This document shows, in pieces, positions 11,401 to 18,983 of a DNA stretch of 64,000 nt. The notes under the pieces are model-generated. The model saw only the letters and a program-made list of their open reading frames with translations. It had not been told where the DNA came from and searched no databases. Made by a program: the position numbers and the translations under genes. Location of the stretch: the NCBI GenBank assembly GCA_963807365.1, contig CAWEBR010000005.1:10087-74086 (forward strand), given 5' to 3'. The stretch comes from Pyrinomonadaceae bacterium (GTDB taxonomy: Bacteria; Acidobacteriota; Blastocatellia; Pyrinomonadales; Pyrinomonadaceae). Positions within the stretch are counted from its first letter, which is position 1. Each line of letters begins with the position of its first letter.

Positions 11401-14178
11401 CTCAACGCGCTCGGGACCGCAGCCTTGCCCAACGCCCAGGGAGGAATTCGCATTAATGATTCCTCCAACAATGTAATTGGTGGCGATGAGATAGGCGCGG
11501 CTAATAGAATTAGTTTTAATGGTGGGCCAGGGGTCGCAGTCTTCTCCAGTTCACTTCGCAACACTGTGCGTGGTAATTCGATCTATTCCAACAACGGTCT
11601 GGGCATCGATCTGAACAGCGACGGGCTGACCGGCAACGATATCAACGACGCTGACACCGGAGCGAATCTGCTCCAGAACTTTCCCCTGTTGACTGCGGCG
11701 ACATCCAACGGAACTACAACTTCAGTTCAGGGAACTCTTAACTCCACACCCAACACGGCGTTCCGAATTGATTTCTACTCGAATGCTGCCTGCGATCCTT
11801 CAGGAAACGGCGAGGGTGCGCAGTTTATGGGAACTGCAAACGTGATGACCGGGGCCGACGGCGCTGCTGCGATAAATGCGAATCTGCCGGTAGCGCTCGC
11901 ATCAGGACGAACTGTCACTGCGACGGCCACAGATCCACTTGGGAATTCATCCGAATTCTCCCCCTGCAATTCCGCCGAAACTGCCGGCAGCATTCAGCTT
12001 AGCAGTGCAATCTATAACGTTCTTGAAGATGTAGTTAACGCGACCATCACGGTCGTAAGAGTTGGCGGCAGCAAAGGAACGCTGGCAGTTAACTACAATA
12101 CTGCTAATGGCACCGCCACTGCCGGATCCGACTATTCGGCAGTTTCCGGAACTCTGGTTTTCGCTGATGGCGAACTCACGAAGACGTTTACCGTCCCTAT
12201 TGCTAATGACGGCCTAACTGAGCCGTCTGAAAATCTGGGAATAGTTCTCAGTGGTTTTGCGGACTCAGAAACAATGGGAAGTCCGGCCACCGCCACGATC
12301 AACATTCAAGACAACAACACGCCTCTGTATCTGTTGGGCCTCGGCATCGACGTCCTGGAGGGAAACAGCGGCACCACGAACGCAGTTGTGACTGTCATCC
12401 TTTCAGCGGCCACGGGACGGACTGTCACAGTTGACTTCAGTACTTTGTTACCGGGATCAGCAACCAGCGGAGTTGACTACACTCCTGTATCGGGCAGTCT
12501 CACCTTTGGACCAGGCGTGACCAGCCGTACCATCACCGTTCAAATCATCGGTGACACCCTGAACGAGATAAATGAGACCTTCACGGTTGCTCTCGCTAAT
12601 CCCACGAATGCGGAGATCGCTGACTATGGACTCGTGCGAATTCTTAACGACGATCCGATTCCCTCGCTATCAATCGGTGACGTCAGCGTAACGGAAGGCA
12701 ACAGCGGAACCGTCAACGCTACGTTTAGCGTCACCCTATCAACAGCCAGCGGCAGAGTCCTGTCAGTGGGGTATGCCACGGCCAACAATACAGCTACCTC
12801 AGTCAATGATTACACCTCTACTTCTGGAAGAGTGACTTTCAATCCCGGTGACTTGGTAAAGAGTGTGTCTGTGCCGATCATAGGCGACACAGTGCCTGAA
12901 ACCGATGAGACGTTCTTCATGAACCTATCCGCCCCGTTCAATGCCACGATTGGCGACAGTCAGGGTATTGGAACAATCCTGAATGACGATGGCGATGCCG
13001 GGTCTGTCAGCTTTAGCCAGTCAACCTATACGGTCGGTGAAAGCGCCGCCTTTACGATCATCACAGTTAATCGCGCGGGAAGCTTGTCCCTCCCGGCAAC
13101 CGTTGATTACACCAGCTCGGACGACAGCGCGACGGTAGTTCCCTGCTCAACGGTGAACGGCGTCGCCTCAGCTCGTTGCGACTTTACCAATGCGCTGGGT
13201 ACGTTGCGCTTCGCGGCGGGTGAAAGTTCGAAGACTTTCCCACTGCTGATCTCTCAGGATATTTACGTGGAGGGGCCGGAGACGCTAACACTTACGCTCT
13301 CGAATGCTACGGGCGGCGTAGTCCTGACCACACCCTCGTCGGCAACATTAACGATTACAGACGACCCAACTGAACCGTCAACCAATCCAAACGACACCGC
13401 CGAGGCCTTTGTCCGCCAGCACTATCACGACTTCCTGAATCGCGAGCCGGACGCGGGCGGCCTCGCCTTCTGGGCCAACCAGATTACTGAATGCCAACAG
13501 CCGGGCGCGACCTGCAATGCTGAGGTTCGCCGGATCAATGTGTCAGCCGCGTTCTTCGTCTCAATTGAATTTCAGGAGACCGGCTACCTGGTCTACAAAT
13601 TCTACAAAGCCGCTTATGGAAACATTGCCGGGGCGCCGGTGCCTTTGCGGCTGAATGAATTTCTACCTGACACGCAACAGATCGGACTGGGCGTAGTCGT
13701 GGGAGCGCCAAACTGGGAGTCAGTGCTCGAAGCCAACAAAGTCGCCTATGCGCAAAACTTTGTTTCCCAGCCCCGCTTTACAGCAGAGTACTCAACCACG
13801 CTGACACCAGCGCAGTTCGTTGATGCGCTCTTCGCCAAAGCCGGTGTCAGCCCCACGGCCGGCGACCGCGATACGGCTATCAACCAATTTAGTGGAGCCG
13901 GAAACACTGCCGACGCGGCAGCCCGCGCCCGGGCCTTGCGACGTGTGGCCGAGAACGCAACGTTTACCCAACAGGAGACAAATCGCGCGTTTGTGTTAAT
14001 GCAGTATTTTGGTTACCTGCGACGCAACCCCAACGATCCGCCCGAATCAGGTTTGGACTTTAGCGGTTACAACTTCTGGTTGGGCAAGCTGAATGAGTTC
14101 AACGGCAATTACATTTCAGCCGAAATGGTGAAGGCCTTCATCGATTCAGCTGAATACCGGCGGCGCTTCGGTCCGTGA
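5449..14178 (+). CDS. giant (2909 aa) secreted/membrane-anchored multidomain protein: SBBP and Asp-box propellers, CarboxypepD_reg-like, CSLREA/parallel beta-helix, Calx-beta x4, DUF4214
   Basis: Single uninterrupted ORF. Arg-rich N-terminus plus TM/signal anchor (alternative ATG 5497, MRRLAFWRRPRRR...LGLVTAIVLFAGFA). Domain motifs are listed in the sub-features below. Confidence 0.92.
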   Translation: MRLPPPHSSICARTVFMRRLAFWRRPRRRSNRIWITNPLRVLSLGLVTAIVLFAGFAKLFDRATHAESPAIASNFLLPGDPESSRIANHYGELPLRFEPNEGQTDERVKFLSRGPGYDLFLTATGAVITLRKPSAQIDNSDAAPKSLLSVSDREISVLRLNLIGANAQARVEAQEELPGKINYLIGNDPTKWHSNISTYGKVLYKQIYPGVDMVYYGNQRQLEFDFVVAPHADPRAVKFNVEGAQKLRVDDNGDLVMTVKGSEVRLRKPVIYQTNDLGERNEVAGRYALKGNEVSFRIKKYNSGKILVIDPILSYSTYFGPAASALAISVDASGNAYLTGTAISGNFPSTPGSYQPVSNQSGPDAFVTKLNPSGTALVYSTFLGGTGNDAGKAIAVDSSGNAYITGETRSSNFPTVNSIRSSTANFMTTSDSGGNWSGRFIGPPNGIVNVLVIDPLTPTTIYAGMGANNGSGVYKSTDGGVNWVALNTGLTVFNCPALVIDPITPSTLYASLNTNISPGTGLYKSIDAGASWTLLNNGLSGVNVSALAIDPSSPSTLYAGSGFLGLFKTTNGGASWSNSSTGITFGGITAIVVDPANSATVYASAGGGGVFKTSNGGGNWSQFNTGLTNTSIRTLNMDSASNLYAGSSGGGLFKSTNGGGNWSPLNNGLPTFTLVTALAINSNASSMFLGSGDARIYKSIDSGASWSINYETLTSTRFNALAMNPANSSVVYAGIRIQSSDPLSDSEAFVAKLNPSGSALVYSTYLGGNKDDVGRGIAVDSTGKAYVTGDTSSTSFPVVAAFQSTLKGAPDGFVTAFHSSGSALVYSTYLGGDNFETANGIAVDGGGNAYVTGGTFSTNFPVANAFQSSLAGGLFEADVFATKFSSTGALAYSTYLGGNGIDTGYGIAVDSSGSAYIAGVNGSNNFPVAGPIDPTPSGGFVTKLNSLGSGLVYSTYLGNSRGIAVDSAGNAYVTGFTRSAEFPLVAGSLRTKSPFFTSSNGGGEWNNDNYGLKTEALTVLALAPTSPSTIYGGTQGSVFQSTNGGRNWNPINTGLVRPWVTGIVVDPTTPSTVYLGAKTNDGVSSRGVFKSTNGGGTWAPASTGIPSDVFSLAIDPVTPSTLYAGAGGVYKSINGGSTWSTTGQPLSGIEAIAIDPITPTTLYAGGNGGVFKSTDGGGIWQPVNNGLASFSVISLAIDPVTPSTVYAGLSGALCKSVDGGNNWTTIKTGQTRAIAIDPVTPSTIYAAGGFNGGVGKSSDGGNNWISVGGGPTNGAIWALKINPQKPSTIHLGAQNFPTDNDAFVTKINQAGTAFLYSTLLGGDPAPNDSSGQNDEGFGIAVDSAGHAYVTGSTTSSNFPTTPDAYLPVQVGSSFVSKLTMSYLISGQVLDGSSMPVSGVDVVLNDGASLTALTTESDGSYQFSNLREGGSFTVSATKPHFTMAPPSHTFNNLSSNQTANFTATATAAPFYTISGTVTNNSVGLAGVTLTLSGSQPGLTTTDSAGNYSLTLAGGGNYTVTPSLLGFAFTLPSQTFNSLSANQAANFTATRQSFVVTNADNHGTGSLRQAMLDANATAGADNIVFNIPGGGVHTINLLLALPDITDPVVIDATTQPGYAGVPLIELNGAAVGNNQAGFRINAGHSTIRGFVLNRFSNGFGAIYISTNGSNVIQANYIGLNSAGTLSRGNHSGILISNSSNNLIGGTTPAARNVISGNSFHGISISSPGNLITGNFIGTNASGTAAVGNGINGVEIYNVSTPGAINNVIGGTTPGAGNLISGNSTGIRLGATGQLVQGNLIGTDVSGTAAVGNGTGINTNAPDTIIGGTASGARNIISGNGGDGLTIGGTGSRLEGNFIGTDITGTVALGNGGSGVVAGGGALIGGTTPAARNVISGNGGFANISLGSNSSGAQAIVQGNYIGTDVTGNVALNNPAAGISVSSSSHLIGGLMPGAGNVISGNRSGIELGGSISSQPLGITVQGNIIGLNALGTAALPNAQGGIRINDSSNNVIGGDEIGAANRISFNGGPGVAVFSSSLRNTVRGNSIYSNNGLGIDLNSDGLTGNDINDADTGANLLQNFPLLTAATSNGTTTSVQGTLNSTPNTAFRIDFYSNAACDPSGNGEGAQFMGTANVMTGADGAAAINANLPVALASGRTVTATATDPLGNSSEFSPCNSAETAGSIQLSSAIYNVLEDVVNATITVVRVGGSKGTLAVNYNTANGTATAGSDYSAVSGTLVFADGELTKTFTVPIANDGLTEPSENLGIVLSGFADSETMGSPATATINIQDNNTPLYLLGLGIDVLEGNSGTTNAVVTVILSAATGRTVTVDFSTLLPGSATSGVDYTPVSGSLTFGPGVTSRTITVQIIGDTLNEINETFTVALANPTNAEIADYGLVRILNDDPIPSLSIGDVSVTEGNSGTVNATFSVTLSTASGRVLSVGYATANNTATSVNDYTSTSGRVTFNPGDLVKSVSVPIIGDTVPETDETFFMNLSAPFNATIGDSQGIGTILNDDGDAGSVSFSQSTYTVGESAAFTIITVNRAGSLSLPATVDYTSSDDSATVVPCSTVNGVASARCDFTNALGTLRFAAGESSKTFPLLISQDIYVEGPETLTLTLSNATGGVVLTTPSSATLTITDDPTEPSTNPNDTAEAFVRQHYHDFLNREPDAGGLAFWANQITECQQPGATCNAEVRRINVSAAFFVSIEFQETGYLVYKFYKAAYGNIAGAPVPLRLNEFLPDTQQIGLGVVVGAPNWESVLEANKVAYAQNFVSQPRFTAEYSTTLTPAQFVDALFAKAGVSPTAGDRDTAINQFSGAGNTADAAARARALRRVAENATFTQQETNRAFVLMQYFGYLRRNPNDPPESGLDFSGYNFWLGKLNEFNGNYISAEMVKAFIDSAEYRRRFGP
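6385..9585 (+). other. propeller region of giant protein: SBBP blades 1-2, 7 Asp-box blades, SBBP blades 3-6, 7 Asp-box blades, SBBP blade 7
   Basis: SBBP motif YST[YFL]LGG...[GA]IAVDxxGNAY[VIL]TG...NFP occurs 7 times (6385-6720, 7687-8410, 9350-9585). The motif [FY]K[ST]x[DN]GGxxW...DPxxPST[LIV]YAG occurs 7 times in 6727-7650 and 7 times in 8431-9330. Confidence 0.8.
9590..10095 (+). other. two CarboxypepD_reg-like (Ig-like beta-sandwich) domains of giant protein
   Basis: ISGQVLDGSSMPVSGVDVVLNDG...SDGSYQFSNLREGGSFTVSA and ISGTVTNNSVGLAGVTLTLSG...SAGNYSLTLAGGGNYTVTP. Both end in ...NQ[TA]ANFTAT. Confidence 0.7.
10099..11970 (+). repeat. CSLREA-like head plus about 10 right-handed parallel beta-helix coils (coding tandem repeats)
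   Basis: GSLRQAMLDANATAGADNIVFNIPG..., then repeated IGGTxPxARNVISGNxxxGIxI...VQGNxIGTDxxGTxAxGN units. Ends with the DINDADTGANLLQNFP ... FYSNAACDPSGNGEG ... TATATDPLGNSSEFSPC module. Confidence 0.8.
11986..13365 (+). repeat. four Calx-beta domains of giant protein
   Basis: Repeated pattern ...V[VT]R.GG..G...V.Y.TA.GTAT.G.DY...SG.L.F..G...K.F.V.I..D...E..E.F.... For example GTATAGSDYSAVSGTLVFADGELTKTFTVPIANDGLTEPSE, SATSGVDYTPVSGSLTFGPGVTSRTITVQIIGD, NTATSVNDYTSTSGRVTFNPGDLVKSVSVPIIGD. Confidence 0.8.
13399..14175 (+). other. C-terminal DUF4214-type domain of giant protein
   Basis: AEAFVRQHYHDFLNREPDAGGLAFWANQI... and the C-terminal SAEYRRRFG match the DUF4214 pattern (F[VI]xxxYxxxLxRxPDxxGxxxW). 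Confidence 0.7.
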
Positions 14179-14204
14179 GAAAGCGGCCGCGAGGTTGTAC
14201 ACAA

Positions 14205-14264
14205 CTATTAGTTTGCGACTGTTGGCGTGGTGGATGTGCGATCTTTTCGGACGCAAACTAACAG
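14205..14264. terminator. inverted repeat between convergent genes (bidirectional terminator candidate)
   Basis: CTATTAGTTTGCG (14205-14217) versus CGCAAACTAACAG (14252-14264), 12/13 complementary. Lies between the giant gene stop (14178) and the M14 peptidase stop (14271). Confidence 0.4.
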
Positions 14265-14270
14265 TTTACC

Positions 14271-16030
14271 TTACAACTGAATCGCGGTGACCACGCGGCC
14301 GACGGGATAGAGGTTCATCTGCTGGTCCCAGTAAGGCGAGCGCTTATAAAAGAACTCCAGCCGCGCCGCGGGGTTCGAGGCAAATGCAGGGTCACTGTCC
14401 AGCCTGGCGCGAAATTCTTCGGCCAGTGCCGGATCCTCAGCCATCATTTCGCGAGCCAGCTTCTCGACAACATAGGCCTCCCCGTATTCCTTCTGCTCAA
14501 AAATCGCATTGAAGAATCCCCAACGGACGAAGGAATCCGGAGCCTCAGGTTCGAGCAAGTTGATCGCCACTCGAGCTCCCTTCTGGGCAAGGGGCACGAG
14601 CACTGAGGCCAACGGAAATGTTCTGCTCTCTTTCACCCGTATCGCCGTAAACGTGGGCATGTGCCTTCCTTCAAAGGGTGCGGCAGCCCATTTCACATCA
14701 GCAAAACGATAACTTTCCACTTCGCGCGTCATCGGTTCGGTCACGGTCTGCAACTCAAGCCCGTGCCCTTTGAGCACCGCAATGACCTCATTCCATTGGG
14801 GCGGAACAATGTAGAAAAGCGGCGGGGCAACTGATTTGGTTACCCGAAAGTCATCGTACATCGGCACCGTCAAATCCAGCGGCTCGCTTCCAAACGTGAC
14901 CCGAAGGTCGCCCGAAACGTCACTCTGCTCAGTGTGATACTCGAAGCCCTTAAGATCGTAAGGGCGCGACTTGCTGGTCAGTTCGAAATCCAATGGATAG
15001 AGACGCGCGGGATCGTAGGTTTGACCTGCCGCGAGCATTTCCTCATCCGCGCGCCGGCCAGCCTCAAGCAAACTCTCAGGATCGCGATTCACCTCCTCGA
15101 GCGCGAAGCGCAGAAAATCGTACGTGCCGATTACCCGAGGGCGATAAGGCTTGAGCATGTGCGTCTCGATCAATATTCCCGGACGATTCCGCAGGGGCAC
15201 ATACCCGGTTGAAAACCGGGGGCTGCCGTTGAAATCGCGAATGCCGGTAGTTAAATCACGATTGTCGATAAACTCCAGGTACCACGAAATAACGTTGCCC
15301 GCCTCGGCCGTAGCCTTTGCCACGCGGTCGTCGAAAACAGCTCTCTCCCAGGCGAGCACACTGGGCGCGACCCCGGCGTGATGCTCATGGTGGAAGGTGA
15401 TATTGCAGCGATAATCGGCGCCATCAGTAACGTGGCAGTCGATAAAGAGATCGGGGCTCCACTCATTCCAAAGCGAAAGCCATGCGCGCGTCTCCGGCGT
15501 GTCCGCTTTCATGTAATCGCGGTTGAGATTCTGATAGCTACTGGTCGTCCGCCAGCCCATCTCGGCTGGTCCATTCTGATTGATCCGATTGTAAGGAGTT
15601 GAGCGCTCGTGTCCATCGGTGTTGTAGATCGGAATAAAAAGCAGGACCAGGTTTTTTAGAAGTCCGTCGCGCGTTCTGGTAATAGCAATATCCCGTAACA
15701 AGGCCAGGCCGGCATCTTTGCCGTCGGGCTCGCCCGCATGAATGCAAGCCTGGATCAATACCACTGGCTTCCTGGCGCGTTTGGCAGCTTCAGGGGTAAA
15801 CGTCTCGCCGCCGCAATCACCAACGGCAAATCGCGGCCTTCGCCGCTCTTTCCAAACGATTGGTAACGGACGAGCGGCGATGCTTGCGCCAGCCGCAGGC
15901 AGTAATCGATCGTGTCGGCGTAGCTAGGCGTTTCGCGATAATCAGTTTGCTCAGCGTGGGTCAGCCATGCGGAGGGGGTTGATTGATTGTGATTAAGTGA
16001 CATAGATATTGGTCGAGAACCATTCTCCAA
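14271..16030 (-). pseudogene. M14-family zinc carboxypeptidase, one frame break near 15800-15815
   Basis: C-terminal frame (14271-15764 and upstream) reads GGETFTPEAAKRARKPVVLIQACIHAGEPDG...NTDGHE...CHVTDGADY. The N-terminal part (DYRETPSYADTIDYCLRLAQASPLVRYQSFGKSGEGRDLPLVIA) is in another frame (15755-16030). The junction sits in a GCGGCGGCG run and behaves as one missing base. Confidence 0.8.
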
Positions 16031-16131
16031 AAATCATTCCATTACTTAATCGGCGCTGCTCGCGCCCGGGGCAGCGAATTAGCCAATAACCACCGACGTT
16101 TAGCAAATGAAGTCGGTTCACTTTCGGAATA

Positions 16132-16299
16132 TTACCGCAGAGTGTTCTCACAAGATCGGCACTGGGTGCGGCGCTTCGCGTTCAAAGTTCCACACGAAGC
16201 GCAACGAAGATACATGTTACGAGCAAACCAGGATGTGATGATTGCACTAAAACCCAGAATGGCAATCAGCACAACCGCGTTCAGAAGCAAGTCTTTCAA
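16132..16299 (-). CDS. small (55 aa) TM helix + zinc-ribbon protein, below ORF-track cutoff
   Basis: TTG start overlaps the TGA stop of the upstream gene (TTGA). Translation: LKDLLLNAVVLIAILGFSAIITSWFARNMYLRCASCGTLNAKRRTQCRSCENTLR*. One hydrophobic helix, then CxxC-x10-CxxC. Confidence 0.3.
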   Translation of the reverse strand: MKDLLLNAVVLIAILGFSAIITSWFARNMYLRCASCGTLNAKRRTQCRSCENTLR

Positions 16300-17078
16300 C
16301 TTTTATGTTTTTCTGCCAGCATTCGCTGATAAGCCTGGCCGCGTTCATAACCCGCTCTGAACGCCTGCGTTGAGCCGGCCTCGTTGGCCGTCGTGGCCAA
16401 CTCCGAGCTTACGTCATCATAAGTCCGGCCACGCCGCTTTGGATTCAAAGCAATTTCAAACCCGCGCCGGTAGGCCGACTCATCGGCACGGAAGTCTCTT
16501 CCCTGAGCTTTATAGGTTTCCTCTTCAGCATCGCGCAGGCCCACCCACCACTCTTCACGCGCTGCGTCAATGCTCTCCGCGCCAGCCTGGGCGAAAACGT
16601 TGCGAGCGCTTTCAGCGGCTTCGCTGTCGTCCGCGAACACTATGACGACGGAACGGCCTTTTCGGAGCGCGTCCTCATAAAGATACAACTCATCATGCGG
16701 CAAACCGTGAGCCAGTTCACGCTCAAGAGCGGTCCCGGCCGCCGCGCCGGTTGCTGCTCCGCCCAGGCCCAGCAGGGCCGCGCCGATTATTCCGCCGGCG
16801 ATCACTGGTCCAACTCCAGGGATCAGCATGCTTGCGGCAGCAGCTCCCAAACTTGCTCCACCCGCAACGCCGAGTGCGCCTCCAACTGTTCCGCCCATTG
16901 CGCTTCCCATTCCGGGTTGTTCGGTTTCGGTTGTGGGCACCGCCGCTTCGACCGCATCATCACTGGCGCCTGGCGTTAGAAAAGCGATTCGGTCATTCGC
17001 GAAACCGGCGGAACGAAATCCTGCCACCGCGCGGTCAGCAGCACTTCGTGAATTGAATACCCCTGCAACTATTTCCAT
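16296..17078 (-). CDS. hypothetical protein with central glycine-zipper membrane segment (general-stress-protein-like ends)
   Basis: ATG 17078 is preceded by GGAGGAGG (17085-17094 on the plus strand). Sequence MEIVAGVFNSRSAADRAVAGFRSAGF..., Gly/Ala-rich hydrophobic core (GGTVGGALGVAGGASLGAAAASMLIPGVGPVIAGGIIGAALLGLGGAATGAAAG). Confidence 0.6.
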   Translation of the reverse strand: MEIVAGVFNSRSAADRAVAGFRSAGFANDRIAFLTPGASDDAVEAAVPTTETEQPGMGSAMGGTVGGALGVAGGASLGAAAASMLIPGVGPVIAGGIIGAALLGLGGAATGAAAGTALERELAHGLPHDELYLYEDALRKGRSVVIVFADDSEAAESARNVFAQAGAESIDAAREEWWVGLRDAEEETYKAQGRDFRADESAYRRGFEIALNPKRRGRTYDDVSSELATTANEAGSTQAFRAGYERGQAYQRMLAEKHKS

Positions 17079-17272
17079 TCTGACACCTCCTCCAAGATTC
17101 GCTGTGCGATTTAACATTTAACGCCCGGCATCTTCTGCCGACAAGCAGATCCGGCGTTCGACACAAATCGTTGAGGAATTCAGTAGAGCTATGTTAGATT
17201 GCTTCCGGTTTCTAAACTATCGTCGGTCATCATCAGAACAATTTGTACGACATCGTAGATAAACATTGGCCC

Positions 17273-17617
17273 ATGTCAGAGGGCGACGGCAAGGCAGCGC
17301 GAAAGAAGCGCCCACGCATCCTCGCCATTACCACGGACTGCTGCACGGGCTGCGCCGGTTCGCCGGCGTGCATCGAGTATTGCCCAATCGAAGCCTGCAT
17401 GTTCTGGGTACCGGACGAAGATCATCCTCCCTTTGGCCGGATTGAGGTTGATCCATATCTTTGTATCGGATGTCAGAAATGCATCAGCAAAGGACCTGAC
17501 GGCGCGTTTCTCGATGGCTGTCCCTGGGACGCAATCGAAATGGTCCCCACCGACGATTGGGAGGCAGTTCACGGAATCACCCTTCCCGATCTCCCGCCAG
17601 CCCCGCCTACTGCTTAA
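17273..17617 (+). CDS. 4Fe-4S dicluster ferredoxin-domain protein
   Basis: Cys clusters CCTGCAGSPACIEYCP and CIGCQKCISKG...GCP. ORF opens with TTG at 17243; first ATG at 17273. Confidence 0.75.
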   Translation: MSEGDGKAARKKRPRILAITTDCCTGCAGSPACIEYCPIEACMFWVPDEDHPPFGRIEVDPYLCIGCQKCISKGPDGAFLDGCPWDAIEMVPTDDWEAVHGITLPDLPPAPPTA

Positions 17618-18509
17618 CATTTTCTTTGGAAGAATTTACCCGATCCTGAATAGCGTTCGCTGTTCGGGCCGCTTGTTGTTGGATCTGCGCCGATGCCGAA
17701 CCACTCTTCGCGAATGCATCCACTATCGGTAAGTCCTTAGCTTCCCCAACTAAAGCCAGTCCACGCAACGCTTCCCAGACACTGTTTTCGTCGGAGTTTA
17801 TCGTAAGCATGACCGCGCCCGCTGACACGCTGGTGCCGGCCGGCGCCCGGACCTTCGCCAGACTGCCCGGAAGCGGCGAACGCACCTCGACTGTTGTGCC
17901 GTCAGTCTGGTTGAGGCGCACTATGAGTGTGCCTCGCGCCAAATGCGCGCCTTCCTTTAAAGTGCTCGCGACCACTCCACTCGCGGGCGCCGGCAGCTCA
18001 TAGGGTTCAAGGATGGCGCGGAGTTCGGACAATCCCGACTGATCATTAAACCGCAGGAGAGCGAGCGCGGCATTTCTTCTCACGATCGGCTCCGGATCCG
18101 CCACCAATTTAAGTAACGTCTGATGAAACTCCGGCGACCGATTATCAAAACCCATCAGCCAGGCGACGGTAAGACGAAACTCTCGTTCCGGACTTGAGGC
18201 CAGCTCAATGACCTGTGGATACCATTTGCTTGCGCTTGCGTCTCTGCGTTCGATCCGTTGCTGCACCTGAAGCAAAGCGTGCTGAACGTGTCGTGGTTTG
18301 TCTTGATCTACAAGGTAGCTGGCGATGTCAGCGTCGGAGAGGTCGCGGCCAAACCAGGAGAAGTACCACGAGAGAAACGCGCCGAGAACAAAAAGAATGG
18401 CCAGAATCAGGATCGGACCGGACGCGCGCACCCGCTTCACTGGGGGAGGCACGATTGCGGCATCGATCGTCTGCTGGTGTTCACTTTTGCTTCCTTCGGG
18501 TACGGTCAT
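17607..18509 (-). CDS. membrane-anchored HEAT-repeat protein with biotinyl/lipoyl-like beta-barrel segment
   Basis: 300 aa. One TM (ILILAILFVLGAFLSWYFSWF), HEAT-like helices (PEPIVRRNAALALLRF), then SGVVASTLKEGAHLARGTLIVRL...GSLAKVRAPAGTSVSAGAVMLTI. The 3' end overlaps the ferredoxin 3' end by 11 nt. Confidence 0.6.
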   Translation of the reverse strand: MTVPEGSKSEHQQTIDAAIVPPPVKRVRASGPILILAILFVLGAFLSWYFSWFGRDLSDADIASYLVDQDKPRHVQHALLQVQQRIERRDASASKWYPQVIELASSPEREFRLTVAWLMGFDNRSPEFHQTLLKLVADPEPIVRRNAALALLRFNDQSGLSELRAILEPYELPAPASGVVASTLKEGAHLARGTLIVRLNQTDGTTVEVRSPLPGSLAKVRAPAGTSVSAGAVMLTINSDENSVWEALRGLALVGEAKDLPIVDAFAKSGSASAQIQQQAARTANAIQDRVNSSKENVKQ

Positions 18510-18554
18510 CCTTCAAATCCAGTGGGCCGGGCCTGACTGTGCACTCATCACTTT

Positions 18555-18983
18555 TCACGAGGGGTACAGATGATAAAGCATCACGTAAACAATTACCCCG
18601 GTCACTGAAACGTAGAGCCAGAGCGGAAGGGTCCAGCGCGCGATGCGCCGGTGTCTCTCGAAATCGCCGCGCGCCGCGCGATACACGGTTATCAATACCA
18701 GCGGGACGATCACGATCGCCAGAATAATGTGGGTGATCAGTATTACGAAGTAGAAAGGGCGCACGGCCCCCTGCCCCGGAAATGGGGTATCGCCGTGATA
18801 ATAATGGTAGGTCAGATATGAGGTCAGGAAAAAAACGGAAGTAACAACAGCTGCCACCTGGCAATTGCGGTGTGCGCTTACTCGTTTCGCGCGAATGAAA
18901 CCATAGCCGGCGATAAGCAGGAGCGCACTGATCGAATTAAGGCCGGCGTTGAGGTGGGGCAGAGATGAAATGTAATCCGGCAT
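18555..18983 (-). CDS. DUF420-family membrane protein (oxidase-associated)
   Basis: 142 aa, 4 TM. LPHLNAGLNSISALLLIAGYGFIRAKR...H...FERHRRIARWTLPLWLYVSVTGVIVYVMLY is typical of DUF420. Confidence 0.8.
   Translation of the reverse strand: MPDYISSLPHLNAGLNSISALLLIAGYGFIRAKRVSAHRNCQVAAVVTSVFFLTSYLTYHYYHGDTPFPGQGAVRPFYFVILITHIILAIVIVPLVLITVYRAARGDFERHRRIARWTLPLWLYVSVTGVIVYVMLYHLYPS

Noticed and set aside
10400-11500. Regular ~70-nt periodicity in the DNA, checked as a possible CRISPR or other non-coding tandem array.
   Set aside because: The repeats are in frame and degenerate at the nucleotide level but conserved at the protein level (IGGTxPxARNVISGN... beta-helix coils). There is no repeat/spacer alternation.
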